Positions 20,771-30,567 of a stretch of 64,000 nucleotides of DNA are shown here, piece by piece; position 1 is the stretch's first letter, and each line of letters starts with the position of its first letter. The position numbers and the translations under genes were made by a program. The notes beneath the pieces were generated by a model. The model was not told where the DNA came from. It did no database searches and saw only the letters and a program-made list of their open reading frames with translations. Source of the DNA: Patescibacteria group bacterium (GTDB lineage: Bacteria > Patescibacteriota > Patescibacteriia > JAHIZJ01); assembly GCA_041650335.1 (NCBI GenBank), contig JBAZLK010000004.1:15990-79989 (forward strand), in the 5' to 3' direction.

Positions 20771-21793
20771 ATGCGAATGAAAGAAGCACTTTTGTATTCA
20801 AAGCTAGAAAATAATAGTGTCCGATGTCATGTTTGCGCACACAACTGCCGAATAAACACTGGTCGTCGCGGTATTTGTGCGGTCAGAGAAAACATTGACG
20901 GTACGCTTTTTGCGCTAAATTACCGAAAAGCCATCGCTGAGGCTGTCGATCCAATTGAGAAAAAGCCTTTTTTTCATTTTTTTCCGGGAACGGCCGCACT
21001 TTCCATCGCAACGTTAGGCTGTAATCTTCGGTGCGATAATTGCCAAAATTGGGATATTTCACAGGGTTCCAAGGGCGGGAAAACCATTTCTGGGCACGAC
21101 CTCTCCCCTGAAGCGATCGTTGACCACGCGGTTGCGCGCAATTGCCAAAGCATCGCTTATACCTACACCGAGCCGACTATTTTTCTCGAGTACGCGCTTG
21201 AGACGATGAAATTGGCTCGCTCGGCCGGCCTGAAAAATGTCTGGGTTTCAAATGGCTACATGAGCGAACAAACGGTTGAACTGATCCAGCCGTATCTCGA
21301 CGCGATAAACATCGATCTGAAGTTCTTTGACGATAAAACATATTTGAAAAATTGCGGTTGTCATCTCCAGCCGGTTCTCGATAACATTGTCCGTTTCAAA
21401 AAGATCGGTTGCTGGGTAGAAGTAACGACACTGGTCATACCGGGCTTAAGCGACAGCCTGAGTACCTTTGACGGTATCTCAAAATTCCTTGCAAAAAAAG
21501 CCGGACCGGAAACACCCTGGCATCTGTCGCGCTTTGATCCCGATATCTCCTATCGTCTGACTGATGGCGTTGAGACTCCGGTTGAGACGCTTGAGCGCGC
21601 GATTGATGTCGGACAAAGGAACGGACTACGCTACGTCTATATCGGAAATATCCCGGGCCATAAAAGTGAGCACACCTATTGCCCGAAGTGTGGCGACATT
21701 GCCATCCAGCGCGACGGCTACCGCGTTACCCGACATGACAAAAACGGCCTCTGTCCAAAATGTAAGATGAACATAAATATTATTCAACAATAA
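20771..21793 (+). CDS. amrS: AmmeMemoRadiSam system radical SAM enzyme
   Basis: N-terminal Cys cluster (CHVCAHNCRI ... RGICAVR) plus CX3CX2C radical SAM motif (CNLRCDNC); C-terminal CPKC...CPKC; 340 aa. Confidence 0.7.
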   Translation: MRMKEALLYSKLENNSVRCHVCAHNCRINTGRRGICAVRENIDGTLFALNYRKAIAEAVDPIEKKPFFHFFPGTAALSIATLGCNLRCDNCQNWDISQGSKGGKTISGHDLSPEAIVDHAVARNCQSIAYTYTEPTIFLEYALETMKLARSAGLKNVWVSNGYMSEQTVELIQPYLDAINIDLKFFDDKTYLKNCGCHLQPVLDNIVRFKKIGCWVEVTTLVIPGLSDSLSTFDGISKFLAKKAGPETPWHLSRFDPDISYRLTDGVETPVETLERAIDVGQRNGLRYVYIGNIPGHKSEHTYCPKCGDIAIQRDGYRVTRHDKNGLCPKCKMNINIIQQ

Positions 21794-23215
21794 ATGACCA
21801 TTATAAAACGAATCGTTGTCTCACTCATCATCCTGAATTTTATTATGCCGGCTCCGTTGCTGGCCGCCGTTTGTCATCCAAACAACCTCCTGTCCGATGA
21901 GGACCTCTTGAATTATCAATCAATGTCAAAGGACAGGATTCAAAAGTTCCTCGAGTCAAAAACTGGCGTTCTCGATACCTATACAACATCGGTTTTTGGC
22001 ACGAATATGTCCGCGGCTCAAATTATCTACGACGTTGCGCAGAAGTATAAGATTAATCCGAAGTATCTGCTCGTGCGCCTCGAAGTTGAGCAAGGATTAA
22101 TTTCTGATTCAAGCCCGACTCAAAACCAAATTGATTACGCGGCCGGATTTGGCTGCCCGGACGGCACCGGGTGTTCAAGCACCTATAAGGGTTTTTCCAC
22201 CCAAGTGATGTGGGCCGCAAAAATATTTCTCAATACGGAACTGGACAGCTATGGAAATCCCAAAGGCTATATTACCCGGATACGAAAGCTTGGCAGAACG
22301 GTCAGCGGCTGGGGTCCGTTCATCACCAAAAATACGTTGGATGGCATCGCGGTTACACCCGAGAATGCTGCCACCGCAGCACTCTACACCTATACACCCT
22401 GGGTTGGAAAATACGGCGGTGGCGACCTGCGTTGGGGCGGCAGTTCGCTCGTCTGGAAGAAATGGACCGATTGGTTTGGCAAGATTTACCCAGACGGCAG
22501 TTTGCTCCAGGTCATCGGCCAGCCAGCCGTCTATTTGATTAAAAACGGGCGTAAGCGGGCTTTTTGGTCCAAATCCGCGTTCCTGGCCAACTATAACCCA
22601 AAGAACATCCTGACGGTCTCTCAGAACGATATTGACGCGTACGAAGACGGACCGCCAATCAAGTTTCCTGAGTATAGCCTCCTCCAGGGTCCGGACGAAA
22701 AAACGTATCTCATAGCAGACAACGAAAAACATCTGATCGAATCTGATTCGGTCTTTCGCAAGATTGGCTATAATCCGGAAGAAGTTATCCCGGTCGAGTC
22801 CAGCGACATAAAAAGTTATCCGACCGGATACGCCATCACGATGGATAGCGTCTATCCAACCGGCGTGCTCTTGCAGTCAAAACAATCCGGCGCCGTTACG
22901 TATGTGAAGAACGGCACCCGATACGGCATCGTTTCGAGAGAGATACTGCTCTCTAACTTTCCGAAACCCCACCTCATCCAGGTAGACGAGTCCGAGATTC
23001 AGCAATACCGAGCCGGTCCGCCGCTAAAATTCAAAGATGGTACCTTAATTACTTCAAAAGAATCACATGCCGTTTTTGTCATCTCGAACGGCAAGCGGAA
23101 GCGCATTGCCTCGGCCGAGGCGTTTAACCAGCTTGGCTACAAATGGGAAAATATCGTCACCACGACGGATTTCGCTGTCCGCATCCATCCGAGCAGTCGG
23201 GTCTTAAACCCTTAG
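21794..23215 (+). CDS. Secreted hypothetical protein with four ~65-aa tandem repeats
   Basis: signal peptide (IILNFIMPAPLLAAV), repeated Y-[LV]-I/K-NG-x-[KR]-[RY]-x-I pattern four times in the C-terminal half. Confidence 0.4.
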   Translation: MTIIKRIVVSLIILNFIMPAPLLAAVCHPNNLLSDEDLLNYQSMSKDRIQKFLESKTGVLDTYTTSVFGTNMSAAQIIYDVAQKYKINPKYLLVRLEVEQGLISDSSPTQNQIDYAAGFGCPDGTGCSSTYKGFSTQVMWAAKIFLNTELDSYGNPKGYITRIRKLGRTVSGWGPFITKNTLDGIAVTPENAATAALYTYTPWVGKYGGGDLRWGGSSLVWKKWTDWFGKIYPDGSLLQVIGQPAVYLIKNGRKRAFWSKSAFLANYNPKNILTVSQNDIDAYEDGPPIKFPEYSLLQGPDEKTYLIADNEKHLIESDSVFRKIGYNPEEVIPVESSDIKSYPTGYAITMDSVYPTGVLLQSKQSGAVTYVKNGTRYGIVSREILLSNFPKPHLIQVDESEIQQYRAGPPLKFKDGTLITSKESHAVFVISNGKRKRIASAEAFNQLGYKWENIVTTTDFAVRIHPSSRVLNP

Positions 23216-23219
23216 GCTC

Positions 23220-24017
23220 ATGGCACTCGTTGTTGCCGGTTTTGTCCCGCATCCGCCGATTATTGTTGCCGGTATCGGTCAGCCAAACGATCTCACGCTG
23301 GTTACGAAAACGCGCCAGGCAATGTCACGCTTGGCCGTTTTATATCGCGAGGCGAAACCAGACATCACGATCATTGTCTCACCTCACAGCCAGCTTCGGC
23401 CGGATTTTTTTCTGATCAATACAGCGAATAATTTTTACGGTTCTTTTGCGCCATTCGGTCATGACGAAATCCACCAGGAATACGCTGGTTCGCCGAAGGA
23501 AGGCGCTGAATTATATACTTTGGTAGTAGCTAAGAATATCCCCGTTAATCTCTATAAAGAGCCAGAGCTTGATCACGGCATTCTCGTACCATTATCGTTT
23601 CTTGAAAGTGGTTCAAAGCCGGCGCAACTTATGCCGCTCAGTTATTCATTTTGCTCGATTGAACAACATCTCGAGCTTGGCCGCTGCCTGGGTGAATATT
23701 GTCGGACGTCACAGCAACGAATTGCGCTCATCGCGTCAGGTGATTTATCGCACCGTCTTTTCAAAGGCGCACCAGCCGGTTTCTCTCCGCGCGGAAAAGA
23801 ATTCGACCAAGAAATCATTGAGCTTATCGGACAGCGTAAGTATGAGGCAATCGCGTCGCTTGATCCGGACTTTGTTGAAGACGCCGGTGAATGCGGATAC
23901 CGATCGCTGTGCATCCTGATGGGAGCGCTTGAGTCTGAGTTAGCCCAGCCGAACATTTTATCATATGAAGGCCCGTTCGGCGTCGGGTATGCGGTTATTC
24001 ACTTTCCAATCTCATGA
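23220..24017 (+). CDS. amrB: AmmeMemoRadiSam system protein B candidate (Memo-like / class III extradiol dioxygenase subunit B superfamily)
   Basis: N-terminal VAGFVPHPPIIV and SPHS motifs typical of LigB/Memo superfamily; 4-nt overlap with AMMECR1 gene. Confidence 0.5.
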   Translation: MALVVAGFVPHPPIIVAGIGQPNDLTLVTKTRQAMSRLAVLYREAKPDITIIVSPHSQLRPDFFLINTANNFYGSFAPFGHDEIHQEYAGSPKEGAELYTLVVAKNIPVNLYKEPELDHGILVPLSFLESGSKPAQLMPLSYSFCSIEQHLELGRCLGEYCRTSQQRIALIASGDLSHRLFKGAPAGFSPRGKEFDQEIIELIGQRKYEAIASLDPDFVEDAGECGYRSLCILMGALESELAQPNILSYEGPFGVGYAVIHFPIS

Positions 24018-24526
24018 ACTATTACGTTTCTCTCGCCCGCCAAGCGATACGATCATTCTTGCAATCAGGGATGATCCTGGCTGTCCCCGACGACACGCCT
24101 GAAGCGTTACGCCACGATCGAGCAGCGGTTTTTGTTTCGCTCCATAAAAACGGTGAATTGCGCGGCTGTATCGGTACGCTCGAACCGACGACGGATTGCG
24201 TGGCTGAAGAAGTAATCGCGAATGCCATCGCCGCGGCAACCCGCGATCCTCGGTTTGAACCAATGAAACTGTCCGAATTGTCACAGACAGATATAAAAGT
24301 TGATCGTTTGAATACCCCTGAGCCGGCGACACGTGGATCCCTGAATCCACAAAAATACGGAGTCATCGTCCAATCGCGTCAGCAACGAGGTGTTTTGTTG
24401 CCGGATATAGAGGGCGTTAACACGGTTGCTGAACAGGTTTCCATTGCCGCTTCGAAAGCCGGCATCGATGTAACAAAGGACAAATATTCCCTCCAACGCT
24501 TCACCATTACAAGATTTTCTGAATAA
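24014..24526 (+). CDS. amrA: AMMECR1-domain protein (AmmeMemoRadiSam system protein A)
   Basis: AMMECR1 signature AVFVSLHKNGELRGCIGT; 170 aa. Confidence 0.75.
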   Translation: MNYYVSLARQAIRSFLQSGMILAVPDDTPEALRHDRAAVFVSLHKNGELRGCIGTLEPTTDCVAEEVIANAIAAATRDPRFEPMKLSELSQTDIKVDRLNTPEPATRGSLNPQKYGVIVQSRQQRGVLLPDIEGVNTVAEQVSIAASKAGIDVTKDKYSLQRFTITRFSE

Positions 24527-24527
24527 T

Positions 24528-26408
24528 ATGTACGCCTACGTCATACCGAGTCTACGAATGCCCAGAACACTGTCGAGTTTTGATTATCGTGTTCCTGACA
24601 CCTTGCGATGCCAGCCTGGCGACATTGTTTTCATCCCCTTTCGTAACCGAAAAGTATTTGGTGTGATCGATGAAATATCACAATCTCCTCGGAAAAAAAC
24701 TGGCGCCATAAAGACGATAACAAGCGTCTATCCCGGTATTTCATTGCAACAGCAGCAATTAGAGCTTATCCATGAATTCGCACGAAAATTCTTCGTCTCT
24801 CCGGCGACCGTCGTGAATTCAATCCTGCAAACGCTCCCCCGCCGGACTTTTTCTCAAATCACTCCTGATCGAAAACCGCCGGCGAGCCCTGGCCACGATT
24901 TCCAACCAGCCCTAAAAAATGACTGTTTACTTTTGTATAATACCGATCAAGGAAAATTTGACTACATTCATTCCATAGTGAAAACGTATCTAGAAAGCAA
25001 TCAAGGCGTTTTAATTGTCGCGCCGGAAATATCACGGGTGCGCGATTGGGAACGGCGCCTGAAACAATATCAACCGATCATTTTTCATCGGCAGCTCCCG
25101 CCAGCTCTGTACTGGACGCAGTACAAAGACCAGGCCAGACGTCCGCACGGTCTAACCATCGGGACCCGGTCCGCTTTATTTACACCCCTCGCGTCTGTCC
25201 GCTTGATTATCATCGACGAGGAGGATAATCAAAATCACCGTCAGGCCGAAATGAATCCCCGCTATCATACCGAGGACGTCGCCCGGATGATCGTGCGATC
25301 CACCAGGGCCACCATCCTCATGACAAGCCGCGCTCCGCGAACGACGACTATGTATCAGATTGAAAACCATTCGCTTGACCTGATCGATGTACGAATGAAA
25401 TTGCCTACGGTGACACCGGTGATCATTGATTTGAATGAAGAAAAGCGGCTTGGCAATTACACCTTAATCAGCGCGAAAATGCGCGCCTATATATTTCAAG
25501 CGCTTCAGAAGAAGCAGCGCGTCTTGCTATTTCATAACAAACTCGGCGAAGCGCGCTCCTTCCAATGCCTTGATTGTCACAATCCGTTCCCCTGCCCGCG
25601 CTGTCAGAAGAACCTCATCATCGAAAAGGTTTCAAAAAGTCATCAGCAGCTGCATTGCACCCTGTGCGGCTATACCAGCGATCTGCCGCTCGCCTGCCCG
25701 GTTTGTCATGGCGTCCGGCTAAAACAGCGCGGGGCTGGTTTGCAAAAGATTGCTGCTGAAATAAGCGCCTCATTTCCGTCAGCAAAAACTCACGTGATTA
25801 CGGATGCGGGCTCGCGTTCGGTCCCGGCGAAGACTGATATTATTATCGGCGCCCAGCGTGCACTCGGTTCGGCGATTCTCCGGTCCGTTCAAGGCATTAT
25901 CGTTATTTCAGCGGACACGATCTTGCGTTTGCCTGATTTTTCAGCACCGGAATCAACCTATCGACAACTCTCGTTTATCACTCAGTTCGCGGCTGAGCAT
26001 GGAACCAATATGATGGTCCAAACGTCATTTCCCGATCATTATGCTATTCGCTCAGCCGTTACACAAAATTCGGATCTTTTTTATCAAAGTGAGTTCCAGC
26101 AGCGGGCTGAATATCACTATCCACCGGCGACGGAGTTAGTTCGCCTGTTTATCAAGGGGGGAAAAAAGCAAACGATTTCCGACCAGGCGGACCGGCTTTA
26201 CCAACAAATTTTAGAAAAACACAATTTGCCTTCGTCAATTGAGATTGTCCAGCCGGGACCATCATTTATCGAAAAAATCCGCGGCCAGTTTTCCTGGCAG
26301 CTAATCATTAAATTTCACAAAAAAGATTGGCCAACGGTCAAATCTTTGATATCATTAACAACTGACGACTGGCTCGTCGATATTAATCCATTAAATCTCT
26401 TATCATAG
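24528..26408 (+). CDS. priA: Primosomal protein N' (PriA) homolog with degenerate Walker A/B motifs
   Basis: Cys4-Cys4 zinc-binding region (CLDCHNPFPCPRCQ...CTLCGY...CPVCHG) diagnostic of PriA; helicase core present, but Walker A position reads YNTDQGKFDYI instead of GVTGSGKTEVY and Walker B reads DEED instead of DEEH. Confidence 0.75.
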   Translation: MYAYVIPSLRMPRTLSSFDYRVPDTLRCQPGDIVFIPFRNRKVFGVIDEISQSPRKKTGAIKTITSVYPGISLQQQQLELIHEFARKFFVSPATVVNSILQTLPRRTFSQITPDRKPPASPGHDFQPALKNDCLLLYNTDQGKFDYIHSIVKTYLESNQGVLIVAPEISRVRDWERRLKQYQPIIFHRQLPPALYWTQYKDQARRPHGLTIGTRSALFTPLASVRLIIIDEEDNQNHRQAEMNPRYHTEDVARMIVRSTRATILMTSRAPRTTTMYQIENHSLDLIDVRMKLPTVTPVIIDLNEEKRLGNYTLISAKMRAYIFQALQKKQRVLLFHNKLGEARSFQCLDCHNPFPCPRCQKNLIIEKVSKSHQQLHCTLCGYTSDLPLACPVCHGVRLKQRGAGLQKIAAEISASFPSAKTHVITDAGSRSVPAKTDIIIGAQRALGSAILRSVQGIIVISADTILRLPDFSAPESTYRQLSFITQFAAEHGTNMMVQTSFPDHYAIRSAVTQNSDLFYQSEFQQRAEYHYPPATELVRLFIKGGKKQTISDQADRLYQQILEKHNLPSSIEIVQPGPSFIEKIRGQFSWQLIIKFHKKDWPTVKSLISLTTDDWLVDINPLNLLS

Positions 26409-26409
26409 T

Positions 26410-26886
26410 ATGAAGCTGAAAGTAATCACGCTCGGCGATAAACGCCTCCGTCAAAAATCCGTTCCAATTGCTGATCCGAGTGATCCAAAAATACGCGAGT
26501 TTACTAAAGATCTGGCTAACACGATGTACCAATCAGACGGGGTCGGTATTGCCGCCCCTCAGGTTGGTAAAAATATCCGCGTCGTTGTTATTGGCGTAAA
26601 AAGCGGCCCACTGGTGATGATCAATCCATCCATATCACGGAAATCATGGCGACAAGTCGAGGCTGAAGAGGGCTGTTTGAGCGTGCCCGGAGTTTTCGGA
26701 TTAGTCCGACGGAGTCGATCATTATTGGTTTCATTTTATGATGCGCATGGTACAAAGCAAAAATTGAAGGCTGAAGGAATGTTCGCCCGTGTGATCCAGC
26801 ACGAGGTGGACCATTTAAACGGCGTGTTATTCATCGACCGGACAAAAAAATACACCAAAACGGTAAACAATCGTAAAAAAATATGA
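26410..26886 (+). CDS. def: Peptide deformylase
   Basis: motifs GIGIAAPQVG, EGCLSVPG, HEVDHLNG; 158 aa. Confidence 0.9.
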   Translation: MKLKVITLGDKRLRQKSVPIADPSDPKIREFTKDLANTMYQSDGVGIAAPQVGKNIRVVVIGVKSGPLVMINPSISRKSWRQVEAEEGCLSVPGVFGLVRRSRSLLVSFYDAHGTKQKLKAEGMFARVIQHEVDHLNGVLFIDRTKKYTKTVNNRKKI

Positions 26887-27839
26887 CGCTAGAGAATAGC
26901 CGATGCGTATTTTTCGGTACTCCGGAATTAGCAGTTCCTTTTTTAAAATTCCTGGAAGAAAAAAATATTCACATCGTCGGGGTTGTCACGCAACCCGACA
27001 AACCGCACGGACGACACCGGGCGCTCCAACCGACGCCGGTCAAAGTCGCCGCCCGGAAGTCATCGTTAACAGTTTTTACATTTGACTCATTACGAAAGGC
27101 TGAATCGGTTACCGCGTTATCGGAACTGAAGCCGGATCTATTTATCGTTGTCGCGTATGGTCTGATCATTCCGAAAAAAATACTTGGCCTGCCACGACTT
27201 GGCTCGATCAACGTTCACCCTTCCCTTCTGCCAAAATATCGCGGCCCCACTCCTATTCCAGCGCCAATCTTGGAGGGCGACACTGAAACCGGCATCACGA
27301 TCATGAAAATGGATACCGGTATGGACACTGGCCCGATATTGCGGTCAATCAAAATTGCGCTTGATAAAAATGAGACCGCCTCGTCCCTGACGCAGAAAAT
27401 CATGAACCGCGGTCCAGAATTTTTATTTCGAGTTTTGAATGATTATGTTGCTGGATCGATAAAACCAATCCCACAACAGGCGTCTGGCGCGTCATATACG
27501 AAGATGCTATCGAAAGCAGACGGCTTGATCGACTGGCATCAATCAGCGTCCGTCATTGAACGGAAGATCCGCGCCTACCAGCCGTGGCCAGTCGCCTTTA
27601 CCTATTGGAACGGCAGAAAACTGGACATTTTAGAGGCTGAGCATTCCCCGCTGGTGACTTCGTTATACCCGGGCGCGCTGACTGACCAAGACGGCCGGGC
27701 CGGGATTGTGACCGGCGGCGGGCAAGAAGGAAATGTTCTGGTATTGAAGAAAGTGCGGCTGGAATCAAAAAAAGAAATGTCAATTGAGTCATTTCTTCGC
27801 GGTTACCCGGATTTTTTGAAAGGCTCGATCGGAAAATAA
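26883..27839 (+). CDS. fmt: Methionyl-tRNA formyltransferase
   Basis: N-terminal formyltransferase domain (FFGTPELAVPFL, SLLPKYRG), C-terminal domain; overlaps def by 4 nt. Confidence 0.85.
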   Translation: MTLENSRCVFFGTPELAVPFLKFLEEKNIHIVGVVTQPDKPHGRHRALQPTPVKVAARKSSLTVFTFDSLRKAESVTALSELKPDLFIVVAYGLIIPKKILGLPRLGSINVHPSLLPKYRGPTPIPAPILEGDTETGITIMKMDTGMDTGPILRSIKIALDKNETASSLTQKIMNRGPEFLFRVLNDYVAGSIKPIPQQASGASYTKMLSKADGLIDWHQSASVIERKIRAYQPWPVAFTYWNGRKLDILEAEHSPLVTSLYPGALTDQDGRAGIVTGGGQEGNVLVLKKVRLESKKEMSIESFLRGYPDFLKGSIGK

Positions 27840-29330
27840 TTACTCTTTCTTCCTCATTTTTTCCGTTACCCGAAAACCGAGGTATTTGCCGAGCATGAGA
27901 CGCGTTTGCGCCTCGGTCGCCGGGGCAGATCCAAACGCAATCATGCAGATTGGAAACAATGCCCACTGCAGCAGCATGATTAAGACCCGCGGACCCCGGA
28001 AGCGTTTGGTTTTATCAGGCAGAAAATAGACGCTCATCATTGCGCTGACGAGCAAACCGATCATGGCGGCCGACATTAATATCTGTAAGACGTGGGGCGC
28101 ATTCTGGCTGATGACGCTGTTCCGCACCTCCCAATCAGGCATCCGAAACGGGAAATTACCTAAAATAAAGATAATGATCGGGGCAGTGGCCCACGAATAC
28201 ATCCCCTCGGTCAAATTCCAGAGATAGCGCAGCTTCGTCACGAAGGCTATTTTTTTATTCTTTGAGAAATTCCAGACTAAGTACGGAAAATGTTCAACGC
28301 CCCAGGCCCAGCGCCGCTGTTGTTTGTACAGATTGACGAACCCATGCCAGATATTTTTGCCCGCGACCGCATCCATCGAAATTGGAATGTGCATTGATTT
28401 TACGCGGTAATCACCGTCATAAAACAAAAGGCACTGCAAAAAAATCCGCGAGTCTTCGGTCACGATATCATTCTGCCAAAAACCGACGTCGGCCAGCGCC
28501 TTGAAGCTCATGCTGTGCGAAGAAAACGTGAAGAGCCGTTCGGGGCGCAGCTGTTCGCTCATCAGCCAAAAGGTCGTACTATTCGAGACGACGCGCATGA
28601 TCGCCGGCACTTCCCAAATGTTGTTATTAAACAAGGGCACCGGCTGGTAGCTTTGGCGGGTCGGATTCTCCGACGTTAAATAATGATAGGTAACATAACT
28701 GAAGTATTGGGGGTGGGCGCACGAATCGACGTCAAACGAGGAAACGATAATATTTTCGTATGGTATTTTTTCCTGGTCAATCGCTTTCTTCGCTTCCTGC
28801 GCCGCCCAGGCAGTGTTTGACCCCTTGCCAGGCACTTCCCCAGGCAAGCCCTTTGGATGGAGAGTCACGATGAATTTATGGAAGGCATCGCCAAATTCCT
28901 GGCGAAGCACTTCCGCATTTCTCAAGGCGTTTTCCTTATCCCCTTCTTCCAGGCAGAAAACAACAATCATCCGTTCTTTCGGAAAGTTAACGTTTACGAG
29001 GCTAGAAAAACTCATGCGCAAAACATCAAGCGGCTCTTTGTACGTCGGCATGAAAATGCAATGATAAATTTTCTCCCAGCCCGGTATTTTCTGACAACGC
29101 TCGCGCCAGTCAATCTTTGAATCCTTGTGATATTGTTTAAACGATAAAACAATATAGATAATGAGATAGACCACGCGGATCAGCCAATACAGATCAAAAA
29201 TGACAATAAAATAGACAGCGATGATCGGTCGCACTAATGTCAGGACAATAATGCCAACAAATGTTCCCCAGGTAAGTGCCCCGGGGATCATTTCTAAGAA
29301 TCTGTATTTTGTGTAATCAGAAAGCGCCAT
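27840..29330 (-). CDS. Membrane-embedded family 2 glycosyltransferase (processive type, QxxRW motif)
   Basis: N- and C-terminal TM clusters, central cytoplasmic GT-A domain, QQRRW motif (LYKQQRRWAWG) typical of cellulose/chitin/hyaluronan-synthase-like GT2. Confidence 0.55.
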   Translation of the reverse strand: MALSDYTKYRFLEMIPGALTWGTFVGIIVLTLVRPIIAVYFIVIFDLYWLIRVVYLIIYIVLSFKQYHKDSKIDWRERCQKIPGWEKIYHCIFMPTYKEPLDVLRMSFSSLVNVNFPKERMIVVFCLEEGDKENALRNAEVLRQEFGDAFHKFIVTLHPKGLPGEVPGKGSNTAWAAQEAKKAIDQEKIPYENIIVSSFDVDSCAHPQYFSYVTYHYLTSENPTRQSYQPVPLFNNNIWEVPAIMRVVSNSTTFWLMSEQLRPERLFTFSSHSMSFKALADVGFWQNDIVTEDSRIFLQCLLFYDGDYRVKSMHIPISMDAVAGKNIWHGFVNLYKQQRRWAWGVEHFPYLVWNFSKNKKIAFVTKLRYLWNLTEGMYSWATAPIIIFILGNFPFRMPDWEVRNSVISQNAPHVLQILMSAAMIGLLVSAMMSVYFLPDKTKRFRGPRVLIMLLQWALFPICMIAFGSAPATEAQTRLMLGKYLGFRVTEKMRKKE

Positions 29331-29340
29331 ACACTGTCAA

Positions 29341-30567
29341 TTATTCGTACCGGAGAGCTTCGATCGGATTTTTTAGCGCGGCCTTTGCCGCTGGGGCTAA
29401 ACCGAAGATGACCCCAACGGCCAGCGCAAATCCCATGGCAATAATGACTGATTGCGTGTCTACGATGATCGTTAAATCAAATTGCTTTTTCACGACAACG
29501 CTCGCAACCGTGGCGAGGCCAACGCCGATTGCCCCGCCGAACAGCGAGAGGACGATGGACTCCGTTAAAAACTGAAGCATGATATTCCCGCCGGTCGCGC
29601 CGACCGCTTTTCGCAGGCCGATCTCCCGCGTCCGTTCCATGACCGCAACCAGCATGATATTCATGATGCCAATCCCACCAACCAGCAAGGAGATCGAGGC
29701 CAAACCGACAATTGCCTTGGTAATGAGGCCGAGAATATTATCAACGACTTTTAACAGATCCTCCTGCGTAAATACGCTGGTATCGTTCGTGCCATGAAGC
29801 TCGTTTAATTTTTCCTGAACAACGCGCGATACAACCTTAACATCGGCGCTATCGTTCGCTTTCAGACCGATACGGAATATTTGTGTGTTTGGATTTACGC
29901 TTTTTGCCGTGGAATATGGGACAATGACCACCCCGATTTGCGTGCTGCTATTCCCAAAAAATGACGATTGTTGGGCCATTTCAAAAACACCGACGATCGT
30001 AAAGTTTTGTTTGCTTATCATTACCGTCCGACCGATGACAGCGGCCGGGTCGACGCCCGGAAAAAGCAGTTCTCGCGTGTAGTTTCCGATCACGATGACT
30101 TTTTCGTTTTGCTGGCTCTCGGTCTCGTTAAAAAATCGCCCAGTCACAATTTGATAGGTGTTTGTATATTGGAAAAAACTCGGATCCACCGCCATAATCA
30201 TGGCCCCATCCGCCTGTTTTCCATCAGCTGTTGGCACAGCGGAAAGCAATCCGATCCTGGTGGCATCGATTATGTCGGGCAGTTTTTTTAATTCCGAAAA
30301 ATCACTTTCGGTCAAGGTCGAGGCGCCGACCGAGGCACCGGGATTGAAACCGCCTTGGCTGGTCTGCACCTTGCCCGACAAGACAATGAGAACATTTGAG
30401 CCCAGCTGCGTGATCTCGCTAGTAATGTCTTTCTTTATCCCCTGCCCGAGTCCGATTAAAACGATTATCTGCGCCACGCCGATGATAATCCCGAGCATCG
30501 TTAAAAACGACCGTAACTTGCTTGAACGAAGGCTCAGAAAGGCATTTGAAATATTTTCACCGATCAT
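29341..30567 (-). CDS. ABC transporter permease, FtsX/MacB family
   Basis: N-terminal TM, large extracytoplasmic domain, C-terminal 3-TM FtsX-like module; overlaps ATPase gene by 4 nt. Confidence 0.75.
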   Translation of the reverse strand: MIGENISNAFLSLRSSKLRSFLTMLGIIIGVAQIIVLIGLGQGIKKDITSEITQLGSNVLIVLSGKVQTSQGGFNPGASVGASTLTESDFSELKKLPDIIDATRIGLLSAVPTADGKQADGAMIMAVDPSFFQYTNTYQIVTGRFFNETESQQNEKVIVIGNYTRELLFPGVDPAAVIGRTVMISKQNFTIVGVFEMAQQSSFFGNSSTQIGVVIVPYSTAKSVNPNTQIFRIGLKANDSADVKVVSRVVQEKLNELHGTNDTSVFTQEDLLKVVDNILGLITKAIVGLASISLLVGGIGIMNIMLVAVMERTREIGLRKAVGATGGNIMLQFLTESIVLSLFGGAIGVGLATVASVVVKKQFDLTIIVDTQSVIIAMGFALAVGVIFGLAPAAKAALKNPIEALRYE

